Part shown: positions 26,028 through 35,566 of the stretch, piece after piece | Layout: each line of letters begins with the position of its first letter | Position numbering within the stretch: the stretch's first letter is position 1 | Assembly: GCA_963629755.1 (NCBI GenBank) | Contig: CAVGKH010000001.1 | Coordinates: forward strand, 1-63,850 | Direction of reading: 5' to 3' | Length of the DNA stretch: 63,850 bases | From: Gemmiger sp. | Lineage (GTDB): Bacteria; Bacillota; Clostridia; Oscillospirales; Ruminococcaceae | Notes under the pieces: generated by a model | Seen by the model: only the letters and a program-made list of their open reading frames with translations | The model's database searches: none | Told to the model about the DNA's origin: nothing | Translations under genes and position numbers: made by a program

Positions 26028-27083
26028 TCACTCTTTTAAAACCTCCGCCAGTACTGCCAGCAAGGCCTTGTTTTCGGCTTCTGTGCGTATGGCTGTGCGG
26101 TACCAGCCGCGGCCGAGGCCGGGGTAATTTTCGCAGCTGCGGATTACCACACCGCGCTGCGCCAAGCCCTCCAGCAGCGGGCGCTTTGTATAAAACAAAA
26201 GATAGTTTGCCTTGCCCGGCACTACGAGCAGACCCAGCGCCTGCAGGCCCTCCATCATGCGCGGGCGCTCAGTTTGCAGCAGCGCGCGCACTTTTTCGGG
26301 ATACTGTATATCCTGCAAGGCGGCTATGCCCGCCGCCTGCGCGGGGCCGTTCACGCTCCAGGGCTGGGCGGCCGCCGCCAGCTTTTGCAAAAGCGCCGCA
26401 TCGCTGCATAGGCACCAGCCCAGCCGCAGCCCGGCCATACCCCAAAGCTTGGTAAATGCGCCCAAGATCACAAGCTCAGGCCAATCGGCCAGCAGGCCGC
26501 GGCTGGTTGTGCTTTCTCGCTCATTTAAAAAGCCCACAAAACATTCATCCACCACCAGCTTTGCCCCCACGGTGCGGCAACGGCGCAGCGCTGCCAGAAT
26601 CACCTCGCGGCTCACGGTCTGCCCGGTCGGGTTGCCTGGCTGGCACAAAAAAGCCAGCTTGGTGCCGGGTCGGATGCGGGCTGCAAAATCGGCCGTGACC
26701 GTAAAATCATTTTTTTCATACAGAAAAAAGCGCTCGGTCTGCCAGCCAAAAAATGCCATCGCCGCTTCGTATTCGGCAAAGCTTGGGGCCGTTACCAGCC
26801 CGCGCCCGGGCCCCAGCACCGCCGCCAGCCGCCAGATAAGGTCCGCTGCACCGTTGCCGCACAGTACCCAGTCTGCGGGCAGCGAAAAATATTCGCCCAG
26901 TGCCGCGCGCAGGCCGCGGCATAAGGGGTCGGGGTAGCGCTCGGCAGCCAAAGGGTCGGCCATGGCTGCCTTTACGCTCTCCGGCAGGCCCAGCGGCGAA
27001 ACATTGGCCGAAAAATCCAGAGGCTCTTTGCCGAACTGTGCTTTATACCCAGCCCAGTCGCCCCCGTGCACCAGCTTATCCAC
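26028..27083 (-). CDS. cobD: threonine-phosphate decarboxylase (class I/II aminotransferase fold)
   Basis: 351 aa. GTG start with AGGAGGG RBS. PLP-fold motifs. Sits between cbiB and cbiP. Confidence 0.75.
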   Translation of the reverse strand: MDKLVHGGDWAGYKAQFGKEPLDFSANVSPLGLPESVKAAMADPLAAERYPDPLCRGLRAALGEYFSLPADWVLCGNGAADLIWRLAAVLGPGRGLVTAPSFAEYEAAMAFFGWQTERFFLYEKNDFTVTADFAARIRPGTKLAFLCQPGNPTGQTVSREVILAALRRCRTVGAKLVVDECFVGFLNERESTTSRGLLADWPELVILGAFTKLWGMAGLRLGWCLCSDAALLQKLAAAAQPWSVNGPAQAAGIAALQDIQYPEKVRALLQTERPRMMEGLQALGLLVVPGKANYLLFYTKRPLLEGLAQRGVVIRSCENYPGLGRGWYRTAIRTEAENKALLAVLAEVLKE

Positions 27084-27099
27084 GCTTTTCCCTCCTATT

Positions 27100-27252
27100 T
27101 GTTGAAAGTTTTAAAAAAATGTTGAAAACTCAAAATTTTGATTTTATCATCGTTATTTTATATGGTTTTACAGTGCGTAAAGCAGGGCAAAAAACGCCAT
27201 TTTCGGGCGGTTTTCAACATGGTTTTTCCACAGTGAAACCAAGTTTTCAACA
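27100..27252. promoter_or_regulatory. four copies of a 10-mer TGTTGAAAAC in the cbiB-cobD spacer
   Basis: Plus strand TGTTGAAAGT 27100-27109, TGTTGAAAAC 27120-27129, GTTTTCAACA 27210-27219, GTTTTCAACA 27243-27252. Confidence 0.6.
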
Positions 27253-28203
27253 CCCCGCCAGCACGCGGAGCCCGGCCCCCAGCAAAACAGCCAAAACACT
27301 GCCCGTCAGCATCACATGGTTAGTGCGGGCAATATCGCAGGGCTCGATGGGGCGCAGACTGTCGCCGATGGTCTTTTTATCATAATACTGCCCAAAATAC
27401 CAGGCAGGCCCGGCCAGCTGCACGCCCAGCGCCCCAGCGCAGGCCGATTCGGTCTGCGCTGAATTGGGGCTTGCATGGCGGCGGTGGTCACGCCGCCAAA
27501 TACGCCAGGCACCCGGCAGGCTCTGCCCGCACAGCCCCGCGCACAAAATCCACAAAAGCGCCGCCAAACGGCTGGGCACATAGTTGGCGGCATCGTCCAG
27601 ATGGGCCGCCGCACGGCCAAAATACAGATATTTTTCGTTTTTATAGCCCACCATGCTGTCCATGGTGTTGATGCTTTTATAGCAAAGCGCCAGCGGTGCG
27701 CCGCCCAAAAGCATGTAGAGCAGCGGCGCGATCACACCGTCTGAAAAATTTTCGGCCACGGTCTCCACGGCCGCTTTGGCTACGCCTGCTTCGGTAAGTA
27801 CCTGAGTATCGCGGCCAACAATGCGGCCCACGGCCTTTCGCGCGGCGGGCAGATCCCCTTTTTCAAGCTGGCGCTGCACAGCAGTGCTTTCGGTATAAAG
27901 GCCCTTGGCGGCCAGCGCCTGCCAGCACCACACTGTCTGCACAAAAAGCCCCAGCAGCGGGTGCAGCCGCGCCGCTGCCCAGCATACAAGGCCGGTAAGT
28001 GCCAGCGTGCCCAGCGGCAGTGCGGCCGCCAGCACGCGCCCTGCCTGCAAAAGCCCCTGTTCGTTAGCCGGAAACACCTGCCGCAGCCACTTTTCCAGCG
28101 CCGAGATCACTTTGCCCATATACACCACTGGGTGCGGCATCCACTCTGGGTCTCCCAAAAGCAGATCAAGGCAAAAGCCCAGCACAATGGCCGCCGTTAC
28201 CAT
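27247..28203 (-). CDS. cbiB: adenosylcobinamide-phosphate synthase
   Basis: 318 aa membrane protein. LLGDPEWMPHPVVYMGK is the CbiB/CobD signature. Confidence 0.85.
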   Translation of the reverse strand: MVTAAIVLGFCLDLLLGDPEWMPHPVVYMGKVISALEKWLRQVFPANEQGLLQAGRVLAAALPLGTLALTGLVCWAAARLHPLLGLFVQTVWCWQALAAKGLYTESTAVQRQLEKGDLPAARKAVGRIVGRDTQVLTEAGVAKAAVETVAENFSDGVIAPLLYMLLGGAPLALCYKSINTMDSMVGYKNEKYLYFGRAAAHLDDAANYVPSRLAALLWILCAGLCGQSLPGAWRIWRRDHRRHASPNSAQTESACAGALGVQLAGPAWYFGQYYDKKTIGDSLRPIEPCDIARTNHVMLTGSVLAVLLGAGLRVLAGC

Positions 28204-28808
28204 GTGTGCGGCTCCTTGGTGCAGCAGATCTGCTCAGCCAGGGTAAGAATATGCTCACCTGCCGCCCACCCCGCAGGGTCTACATGAAGGCGGTAGCCAC
28301 AGCCATTGGGCGCACACCAGCGGTAATAATCCTCTTTGGGGCGGCCCATAGCCTCCATGGCGGCCATCTGGGTGCCGCCGTGCGCCACGATCACCAGCGG
28401 CTCCTCGGGTGTTTGAAGGCCAAGCTCTACCAACTGCTCCATGGCCTTTACCACACGCGCCGTGAATTCGCTCTTGCTCTCACCGCCGGGGCAGCGGCCC
28501 TTGGCATCGCGGCTGATCCAATCCAGGTAAACAGGGTCGTGCTCCATATCCTGATAGCTCTGCCCTTCAAACCTGCCAAAGCACATTTCCATAATGCCGG
28601 GCACTTCTACCTGCTCTACGCCCGGAAACAGAATCTCTGCCGTTTCTTTGGCGCGGCCCAGCGGCGAAACATATACCTTTTTCGGCGTAAAGCCCGCTGG
28701 GCGCAGTGCGGTGCGGCCCTCGGGCGAAAGTGGGATCTCCTGCTGGCCCTGGTATTTTTTCAGCTTGTTATACACGGTCTCGCCGTGGCGGATCAGATAC
28801 ACATCCAT
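28197..28808 (-). CDS. cobC: histidine-phosphatase family protein, probable alpha-ribazole phosphatase
   Basis: 203 aa. RHGET catalytic motif (LIRHGETVYN). Operon context. Confidence 0.65.
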   Translation of the reverse strand: MDVYLIRHGETVYNKLKKYQGQQEIPLSPEGRTALRPAGFTPKKVYVSPLGRAKETAEILFPGVEQVEVPGIMEMCFGRFEGQSYQDMEHDPVYLDWISRDAKGRCPGGESKSEFTARVVKAMEQLVELGLQTPEEPLVIVAHGGTQMAAMEAMGRPKEDYYRWCAPNGCGYRLHVDPAGWAAGEHILTLAEQICCTKEPHTW

Positions 28809-28829
28809 GCTTATTTCCTCATTTATAAA

Positions 28830-29162
28830 TCATTTTAATTTTGTCGGCAGCCCGCAGAATACCCGCACGGCTTCTTCGGCTTTTTCCGCCAACAGTATGC
28901 TCAAGCGGCCCGCAGCCTCGCGCTGGGCGCGCTGCACTTTATCAATGGGCACTACACCGCCGCCTACCTCGGCAGCCGTTACGGCAGAGCGCTCGGCCAG
29001 CCTTTCGGCCAATGCCGCCAGCTGTGCGGGGGTCTCGCTGCCTGTTACCAGGTTTTGCACATCCAGCGCAGCCTTTGCCATGAGCTCTTCTTCACTCCAG
29101 CCAAAGCGCTGCTTCAAATAGGTCTTTTTGCCGCTGAAAAGCGGCCCCGTTACAAAGATCAT
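28830..29162 (-). CDS. truncated CobU-like P-loop protein (mini-CobU)
   Basis: 110 aa from ATG 29162 (ATGA overlap with the cobS stop). P-loop VTGPLFSGKK and a CobU-like C-terminus AEVGGGVVPID..GLPTKLK. The His-containing central segment is absent. Confidence 0.55.
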   Translation of the reverse strand: MIFVTGPLFSGKKTYLKQRFGWSEEELMAKAALDVQNLVTGSETPAQLAALAERLAERSAVTAAEVGGGVVPIDKVQRAQREAAGRLSILLAEKAEEAVRVFCGLPTKLK

Positions 29163-29941
29163 GCCATAGCCCCCTCTGCCAGCTGGCACAAAACCGCTGC
29201 GGCCAGCATCCAAAGCTCACACCGCGTTAAAAACCACCCGGCCAGATCGCCGCTGATACCGCCAAACTGCTTTTGCGCCACAGCTTTATATCGCCAAAGG
29301 CATAAAAGCGCGGCCAGCGCCGTGCATACGCCCAATATACCGCCGCACAGCAGCTGCCCGGTTATGCACACGGCGGCCAGCGCCGCCAAAAAGCGACCGG
29401 TGTTTTTTTGGTCAGCCGCGCTGGCAAAGGTGTGCGCAAGGCCTGTATCCTTTGCCAGGGGAAAGCGCGCCACCGCATAGCCCGAAAGTGCACGGCTCAG
29501 CACCTGCCCCAGCGCCAGGCACAAAAGCGCGGCCCGGGTAGGCTGCAGCTGCACCCACAGTGCAAAGCAGGCCAAAAACCAGCTGCACAGGCGGATCACT
29601 GCGAATGCGCCGCAGTGCGGGTCAGCCAAAATCTGCTGCTTTTTTTCGGGCGGGGCGCAGCTTGCCAGCGCATCGCAGGTATCGGCAAAGCCATCCAGAT
29701 GAATGCCGCCCGTAACGGCCACCGGCAAAAGGCACAGCCCCGCCGCACACGGCACAGCCCCCACGCCCAGCGCGCCGCACAGCGCGGCAAAGCCCAGCAG
29801 GGCCGCGCCGCTCAGCGCCCCCACTGCCGGAAACGCACACAGCGCATAGCGCATATTCTGTTTATTCCATACCGGCTGGGGCAGCGGCACCGCCGAAAAC
29901 ATGCCAAAAGCCACCGCCAGCGTTTGCAGCCATATACTCAT
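29159..29941 (-). CDS. cobS: adenosylcobinamide-GDP ribazoletransferase (cobalamin synthase)
   Basis: 260 aa polytopic. AFGMFSAVPLP and GGIHLDGFADTCDAL motifs. Confidence 0.85.
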   Translation of the reverse strand: MSIWLQTLAVAFGMFSAVPLPQPVWNKQNMRYALCAFPAVGALSGAALLGFAALCGALGVGAVPCAAGLCLLPVAVTGGIHLDGFADTCDALASCAPPEKKQQILADPHCGAFAVIRLCSWFLACFALWVQLQPTRAALLCLALGQVLSRALSGYAVARFPLAKDTGLAHTFASAADQKNTGRFLAALAAVCITGQLLCGGILGVCTALAALLCLWRYKAVAQKQFGGISGDLAGWFLTRCELWMLAAAVLCQLAEGAMA

Positions 29942-29964
29942 TGTTTTTCTGTTTTTCTTTGTTT

Positions 29965-30486
29965 TTATTTATGCCGGATCATCACACCGGCGGCGGCTTC
30001 ATACACACGGTCGGCCATAGCGGCGATGGTGTTATTCAGCCTTGCCAGCGTTTTTAAATATTCCAGCGTTTCTCCCTCATATTCTGTGCCGCCGCTGGTA
30101 AGCTCGCCGCTCACGATTACAAGATCTTCGCACTGCGCGGCCAGCGCCTGCACTCCGGCCAAAATGGCATCGAAGGCTTCGGCCCCCGCGCTCTCCGGGT
30201 TGAACATTTCATTGGCGCACAGGTTGGTAAGATCTTCCAACAGCACGCAGGCGCCGGGCGGCACCTTTTCTGCCGCCGCCAAAAGCCCGGTGGGGGCTTC
30301 AAGGGTATCAAACTGCTTCTGTGCCCGCATGGCACGGTGCTTCTGCACCCGCAGGCGGGATTCTTCGTCCCACACCTGCATAGTAGCAATATAAATTCTC
30401 GGCACGGCGGATGAGCAGCGCAGAACCAGCGCCTCGGCTCCCTCGCTTTTGCCGCTGGCCGCGCCGCCCACAACAAGGCTCAGCAT
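29965..30486 (-). CDS. cobU: adenosylcobinamide kinase/adenosylcobinamide-phosphate guanylyltransferase
   Basis: 173 aa from ATG 30486 (MLSLVVGGAASGKS). IYIAT..QKHR His region present. The long Arg/Gly-rich upstream extension of the ORF was rejected. Confidence 0.8.
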   Translation of the reverse strand: MLSLVVGGAASGKSEGAEALVLRCSSAVPRIYIATMQVWDEESRLRVQKHRAMRAQKQFDTLEAPTGLLAAAEKVPPGACVLLEDLTNLCANEMFNPESAGAEAFDAILAGVQALAAQCEDLVIVSGELTSGGTEYEGETLEYLKTLARLNNTIAAMADRVYEAAAGVMIRHK

Positions 30487-31562
30487 ATTCCGCCTCCCTG
30501 CGGCCGGTAAGGCTCCAGCCCGGCCGAGGCGAAGGTATAGCCCTCTTGGTACACAGCCAGTGCCATATCCAAAAGCGGCATGGCCGCCACCGCGCCGGTG
30601 CCCTCGCCCAGGCGCATTTCCGCTGTGATGAGCGGCTTTTCGCCCAGCGCCGCCAGCGCCAGCGCCCCGGCTGCTTCGGCCGAAGCATGGCTGGCCAGCA
30701 GAGCCTTTTGGGCATTGGGGCAAAGGCGCACGGCCAGCAGAGCCGCCGCTGCGCTGATCACGCCATCAATCAGAACCGGCACACCTGCCAGCGCACCGCC
30801 CAAAAACGCGCCGCACATACCGGCGATATCAAAGCCGCCCACAGCGGCCAAAACGCCCAGTGGATCGCCCAGGCTGGCCCTGTTTACCGCAAGCGCTTTT
30901 TGGACAGCGGCTTTTTTGCGCACGAGGCCTTCGTCAGAAAGGCCCGCGCCGCGCCCCACTATCTGTGCGGGGTCTGCTTGCAGCAGCGCACACAGCACAC
31001 AGGCCGCTGTGGTGGTGTTGCCTATGCCCATTTCGCCGGTGGCTGCCAGGCGCACACCCTGTGCCGCCAGATCCTGTACCAGCCTTATACCGGCCAGTAT
31101 GCCGTCCGCCGCCTGCTCGCGGCTCATGGCGGGGCCCAGCGTGATATCCGCCGTGCCGTTGCCCAGGCGCCGGTTTAAAATGCCCGGCTCACCCGCATAG
31201 TTTAAAATGCCCATATTCACGGGCAGCACCGGGCATTCGGCTACCTGCCCCATGCGGCACACCGAGGTAACACCCTGCGCCAGGCTGTGCGCCACCGCAG
31301 CGGTCACGCTCGGAGGGCTTTGGGTAACGCCCTGCGCCACTACGCCGTTATCCGCGCAAAAGATCAGTGCCCGCCGGGGCTTTAGCTGTACATCGACACT
31401 GCCCGTAAGCGCAGCCGCTTTGATAATGGCTTTTTCCAAAAGGCCCAGGCTGCCCAGCGGCTTGGCGCAGGCATCCCAGTGTGCCTTGGCGGCCTTGGCC
31501 GCCGCACTGTCTGCCGGTGTTATGCCCGCCAAAAGGGCGTTCAGCTCTTGTTCTGCCGTCAT
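30480..31562 (-). CDS. cobT: nicotinate-nucleotide--dimethylbenzimidazole phosphoribosyltransferase
   Basis: 360 aa. GEMGIGNTT motif, LGEGTGA near the C-terminus. Confidence 0.85.
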   Translation of the reverse strand: MTAEQELNALLAGITPADSAAAKAAKAHWDACAKPLGSLGLLEKAIIKAAALTGSVDVQLKPRRALIFCADNGVVAQGVTQSPPSVTAAVAHSLAQGVTSVCRMGQVAECPVLPVNMGILNYAGEPGILNRRLGNGTADITLGPAMSREQAADGILAGIRLVQDLAAQGVRLAATGEMGIGNTTTAACVLCALLQADPAQIVGRGAGLSDEGLVRKKAAVQKALAVNRASLGDPLGVLAAVGGFDIAGMCGAFLGGALAGVPVLIDGVISAAAALLAVRLCPNAQKALLASHASAEAAGALALAALGEKPLITAEMRLGEGTGAVAAMPLLDMALAVYQEGYTFASAGLEPYRPQGGGIC

Positions 31563-32902
31563 GGCCTTACTTCCCCCTGCCTATATTTGCGGGCCGCCGC
31601 TGCAAAGCGCTGTGCCAGCTGCGGCTGGCCCGCAAAGTACAAATGCGGAAAGCCTGCATACAGGCTTTCGCTCACAAAGCCGCAGTTCCAGTTTTTGCCG
31701 CTCACAGGCTTTACCGCGTGCAGCGCCGCGCCGTTCTGCGTGCTGTCCCAGTGGTGAAACTCATGTATAGGCACGGCCTCGCCCTGCCGAAACAGCATAC
31801 TGTCTGCCGCAGGGTGCAGCGCCGCATAGCCAAAGCGCACGAGCTTCGGCGTTTGAAAGCCTTCGCCCGGCAGCACCCCGGCCATGGGCCATGCCCTGCC
31901 GCCCGGTTCCTGCAGGCTTTGGCCCAAATACAAAAATCCGCCGCACTCGGCCACGGTGGGCAGCCCGTTTTTTTCCGCGCGGCAGATCTCTGCGCGCAGG
32001 CTTTCGTTGTGCGAAAGCGCTTCTGCATGCAGCTCAGGGTAGCCCCCGGGCAGATACAGGGCCGCGATATCCGGCGGCAGAGCCGTATCGGCCAGCGGGC
32101 TGAAAAATACCGGCTGCAGCCCGGCCAGGGCAAATTCCTCAAGCGTTTCTTTGTAGCAAAAGCAGAACGCATCGTCTTTTGCCACCGCTATGCGCACCGG
32201 AGCACACACTGCCTTTGGCAAAGCCGGGGCCGCCGGGGCAGGCACTGTAAACAGGGTTTCAAACAGCGGCCAGTTCCAGTGTTTTTCCAGCTCTATGGCC
32301 AAAGCATTTGCCCTTTGAGCCAGGCCTTTCAGCTCACACGCCATCTGCAGGCCCAGGTGTCTGGCCGGAAACTCGGCCTTAGCCATGGGCGGCAGAAAGC
32401 CTGCCACCGGCAGGCCGGTAAGCATTTTCACTTTTTCAGCCAGCGTTGCCGCCTGCTCCGGCGGGCAGCGGTTAAGCAAAACAGCCTTCACGCCGTGGGG
32501 CCTATACGCCGCCAGCAGCGCGGGCACTGCTTCGATCTGCTCGGGGCACACGGCCAGCATTGTAGGCAGGCCCAGTGTTTGCCCCACCTGCCAAGCGCTG
32601 GCCTCTGGTGTGCCGCCTACGCCATCATAATAGCCCATAGCCCCTTCGGCCACCACGGCACCGCACCCGGCCGCGCCACGTGCATACAGGGCCTTTACCG
32701 TATTCGGCCCGCTCAGATATAGATCTAAATTATGGCACTCCACGCCCAATACCGCGCGGTGAAAGCCGGGGTCTATATAATCCGGCCCGCACTTAAACGC
32801 GCAGGGGTGCAGCTCTCGGCGCTGCAAAAGCGCCAGCAGCGCCATGGTCAGGGTCGTTTTGCCGCTGCCCGAGCAGGGCGCGGCCATCACCAGCCCGATC
32901 AT
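31559..32902 (-). CDS. cbiA: cobyrinate a,c-diamide synthase
   Basis: 447 aa from ATG 32902 (MIGLVMAAPCSGSGKTT), ATGA overlap with the cbiET stop. C-terminal GATase (ECGGFLYLG). Confidence 0.85.
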   Translation of the reverse strand: MIGLVMAAPCSGSGKTTLTMALLALLQRRELHPCAFKCGPDYIDPGFHRAVLGVECHNLDLYLSGPNTVKALYARGAAGCGAVVAEGAMGYYDGVGGTPEASAWQVGQTLGLPTMLAVCPEQIEAVPALLAAYRPHGVKAVLLNRCPPEQAATLAEKVKMLTGLPVAGFLPPMAKAEFPARHLGLQMACELKGLAQRANALAIELEKHWNWPLFETLFTVPAPAAPALPKAVCAPVRIAVAKDDAFCFCYKETLEEFALAGLQPVFFSPLADTALPPDIAALYLPGGYPELHAEALSHNESLRAEICRAEKNGLPTVAECGGFLYLGQSLQEPGGRAWPMAGVLPGEGFQTPKLVRFGYAALHPAADSMLFRQGEAVPIHEFHHWDSTQNGAALHAVKPVSGKNWNCGFVSESLYAGFPHLYFAGQPQLAQRFAAAARKYRQGEVRP

Positions 32903-34089
32903 GGCCTTTGCCCCGTGATGAGCCACACGGGGTTTTGTGCCATCATCAAATGCAGGCTGCCTGCCGGGCGGGCACTGCTTACAGCGATCTGGCTCACAGC
33001 AGGCTGCATGCCCGCCGCCTGCATAGCGCTGCACGCTGCGTGCAGCGTTTCCAGCGCAATGGCGCTGGCACACACACGCACCGCGGGGTTTGCGGCCAGC
33101 GCTGCCTCTAAAATGCCCTGCATGCTGCCCTTGCTGCCGCCGATGAACACACAGTCGGGCGCAGGCAGGCCCTGCAGGGCCTCTGGAGCCCTGCCCGGCA
33201 CCACCGTAAGGTTCCATGCGCCGAACTTCTGCCGGTTCGCGCCGATCAGCTCGCAGCCCTCCGGCTCGCACTCTACGGCATATACCTGCCGTGCGGCACG
33301 GCTCAGTGCTACCGAAACACTGCCGGTGCCTGCGCCCACATCCCAGCACACGCTGCCGGGGGCCGGGCGCAGCTCGGCCAGAATGGCTGCTCGCACCAGC
33401 TGCTTTGTCATGGGCACGCTGCCGCGGATAAAAGCATCATCCGGAATGGCCGTGCCGTAGGCATCGGGGCAGACGGCTGGCTGCACCAGCAGCACACACA
33501 GCGGCGAAAGCGGAGCCGCTGCCATTTCTCTGGCCGGGGCCGTATGCACCCTCTGCCCGGGCAGGCCCAGATTTTCGCCTGCCGTTACGGGCAGTTCGCC
33601 GAGCCCGGCTTCCGTGAGCCGGGCGCACAGCGCCGCTGCGCTTTTTTCGCCGCCTGTTAAAAAGAACACGGGCTTTTCGCCCATCACCAGCTGCACAGGG
33701 TCACATTCACGGCCATGCGCACTGGCCAAAAGCCAGCCCTGCCAGGGCGTACCCAATGCCGCCGCCAGCAGCTGCACGCTGGAAAGCCCCGGATACACCT
33801 GCGGCGTTATGCCGCGCTCGCGCAGTGCGGGCACCAGTGCCGCCGCGCCCGAGTAAAACCCGGTATCGCCGCTAAATACAGCGCACACCTGCCCGGCCCC
33901 GGGGGCCAGCACGGCCGCCAGCACCTCGGCCGCGCGCACGGCCTCGATTTTTTCTGCACGGCAGCCGGCGGGCAGGCTTTGCAGAAGCCGCCCTGCCCCT
34001 ACCACACAATCTGCCGTGCGCAGGGCCTGTGCTGCCTCGGCGGTCAGAGTGTTTTCGCACGCGCCAAGGCCGATGATGGATACCGTCAT
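32899..34089 (-). CDS. cbiET: fused cobalt-precorrin-7 C5-methyltransferase / cobalt-precorrin-6B C15-methyltransferase (decarboxylating)
   Basis: 396 aa from ATG 34089. N-terminal tetrapyrrole-methylase half, C-terminal SAM-MTase half (WDVGAGTGSVS). Confidence 0.8.
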   Translation of the reverse strand: MTVSIIGLGACENTLTAEAAQALRTADCVVGAGRLLQSLPAGCRAEKIEAVRAAEVLAAVLAPGAGQVCAVFSGDTGFYSGAAALVPALRERGITPQVYPGLSSVQLLAAALGTPWQGWLLASAHGRECDPVQLVMGEKPVFFLTGGEKSAAALCARLTEAGLGELPVTAGENLGLPGQRVHTAPAREMAAAPLSPLCVLLVQPAVCPDAYGTAIPDDAFIRGSVPMTKQLVRAAILAELRPAPGSVCWDVGAGTGSVSVALSRAARQVYAVECEPEGCELIGANRQKFGAWNLTVVPGRAPEALQGLPAPDCVFIGGSKGSMQGILEAALAANPAVRVCASAIALETLHAACSAMQAAGMQPAVSQIAVSSARPAGSLHLMMAQNPVWLITGQRP

Positions 34090-34829
34090 GTCTGTTCCTC
34101 CATTTTTCTCTGCACCCATTCCATGATCTGCTGCTGGGTGCAGCCGCTCTCCTTGGGGCGGGCGATCACCACCAGCCCTGCACCGCACTCGGCTGCCGCC
34201 TGCGCTTTTTCGGCAAAGCCGCCGGGCGCGCCGCCGTCTTTGGTGACCATCCATCGAATGCCGTACTGCCGCAGTGTGGCCTTGTTCATTTCGCCGGTAA
34301 ACGGTCCCTGCATGGCAATAATGTTTTTATGCGGAATGCCCGCTTCTTCGCAGGCCGTAAGCCCCACCATGCTGGGCAGCACGCGCGCCACCAGCCGCTC
34401 GCCACCCAAAAAGGCAAACTCGCCCAGTTCTTTGGCACCGGTGGTCAGAAGTATTTTTCCTTCCCGCTCTGCCAGCAGCCGGGCAGCTGCACCGGCACTG
34501 GGCACACACTCGGCCCCGCTTTCATCACCTGCCGGGCGCAGCAGGCGGCGGTACTCGGTGCCGCTCTGCGCGCAGGCCTCACGGATATTGCAGCTGGCCT
34601 GCACGGCGTAGGGGTGCGTGGCATCGATGCAGAGCGCATACCCGGCCAAAAGCGCTGCCATCTGCGGTGTTTGCAGGCGGCCGCACAGCACCTGCACGCC
34701 CGGGCACTGCCCCTGCGTTTCGGCTCCGTATTCTGTAGCCACACTCACGGTGACTGCCGCGCCCAGCGCCGCCAGGCTGTGCGAGAGCGTGCGCCCCTCG
34801 GTGGTGCCGCCGAAAATTAAAATTTTCAC
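34086..34829 (-). CDS. cbiJ: cobalt-precorrin-6A reductase
   Basis: 247 aa. MKILIFGGTTEGR N-terminus. Context. Confidence 0.75.
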   Translation of the reverse strand: MKILIFGGTTEGRTLSHSLAALGAAVTVSVATEYGAETQGQCPGVQVLCGRLQTPQMAALLAGYALCIDATHPYAVQASCNIREACAQSGTEYRRLLRPAGDESGAECVPSAGAAARLLAEREGKILLTTGAKELGEFAFLGGERLVARVLPSMVGLTACEEAGIPHKNIIAMQGPFTGEMNKATLRQYGIRWMVTKDGGAPGGFAEKAQAAAECGAGLVVIARPKESGCTQQQIMEWVQRKMEEQT

Positions 34830-35566
34830 CTGGTTTTATATCCTCTTGCCGTTACCATACGCCCGGCGATGCTTTGGGTAGCTGCATTGCCGATAAACAC
34901 GGTGGTAAACATATCCACGGTCTCATTTTCCAGCTCGGCCAGAGTTAAAAGCTTATGGCTCTGCCCGGGGCGGCCGATGTTCTGCACCCAGCCGCATACG
35001 GTATCGCCTGGCTTGCCTGCCGCGCGCAGGATCCGGCACGCTTTTTGCAGATGCTGCGGGCGCTGGCGGCTCATGGGGTTATACAGGCATATGGCAAAGT
35101 CGCCCAGTGCCGCGCCCCGCAAGCGTTTTTCAATGACCTCCCACGGGGTAAGATGGTCTGACAGCGAGATCACGCACCAGTCGTTTGTAAGCGGCGCACC
35201 CAGCACAGCCGCGCCCGAAAGCGCTGCCGTAAGCCCCGGAACCACCTCGACCTCTACGCCCGGATATTCCGGCGCAAGCTCTAAAATAGGCCCGGCCATG
35301 CCGTATACTCCGGCATCGCCGCTGCACACCATAGCCACTTTTCGCCCCTCGGCCGCCATAGCCAGCGCAGCACGGCAGCGGTCGATCTCTTGGGTCATAG
35401 GGGTCGTGTAGATCTCTTTTTCCGGGAAAAGGGCCTTTACCTGATTGGTATATACCTTGTAGCCCACGGCGATCTCGCACCATGCCAGCGCCTGCCGGGC
35501 TGCCGGGGCAAGTAGCGCTTCGCTGCCCGGGCCAAGGCCCACTACCTTGATGATCTGTTCGTTCAT
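34826..35566 (-). CDS. cbiH: cobalt-factor III (precorrin-3B) C17-methyltransferase
   Basis: 246 aa from ATG 35566 (alternative ATG 35572). VVGLGPGS tetrapyrrole-methylase motif. Confidence 0.8.
   Translation of the reverse strand: MNEQIIKVVGLGPGSEALLAPAARQALAWCEIAVGYKVYTNQVKALFPEKEIYTTPMTQEIDRCRAALAMAAEGRKVAMVCSGDAGVYGMAGPILELAPEYPGVEVEVVPGLTAALSGAAVLGAPLTNDWCVISLSDHLTPWEVIEKRLRGAALGDFAICLYNPMSRQRPQHLQKACRILRAAGKPGDTVCGWVQNIGRPGQSHKLLTLAELENETVDMFTTVFIGNAATQSIAGRMVTARGYKTR

Noticed and set aside
32903-33349. N-terminal Arg/Gly/Pro-rich extensions of the ORFs for cbiA. The same applies to cbiET (34090-34254), cobU (30487-30723), cbiG (36550-36753), cbiH (35567-35692), the cbiK-like gene (20164-20340) and mini-cobU (29163-29213).
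   Set aside because: The extensions overlap the 3' end of the upstream gene in another frame and have no RBS. They precede an internal ATG that gives the canonical family N-terminus and an ATGA stop/start overlap.
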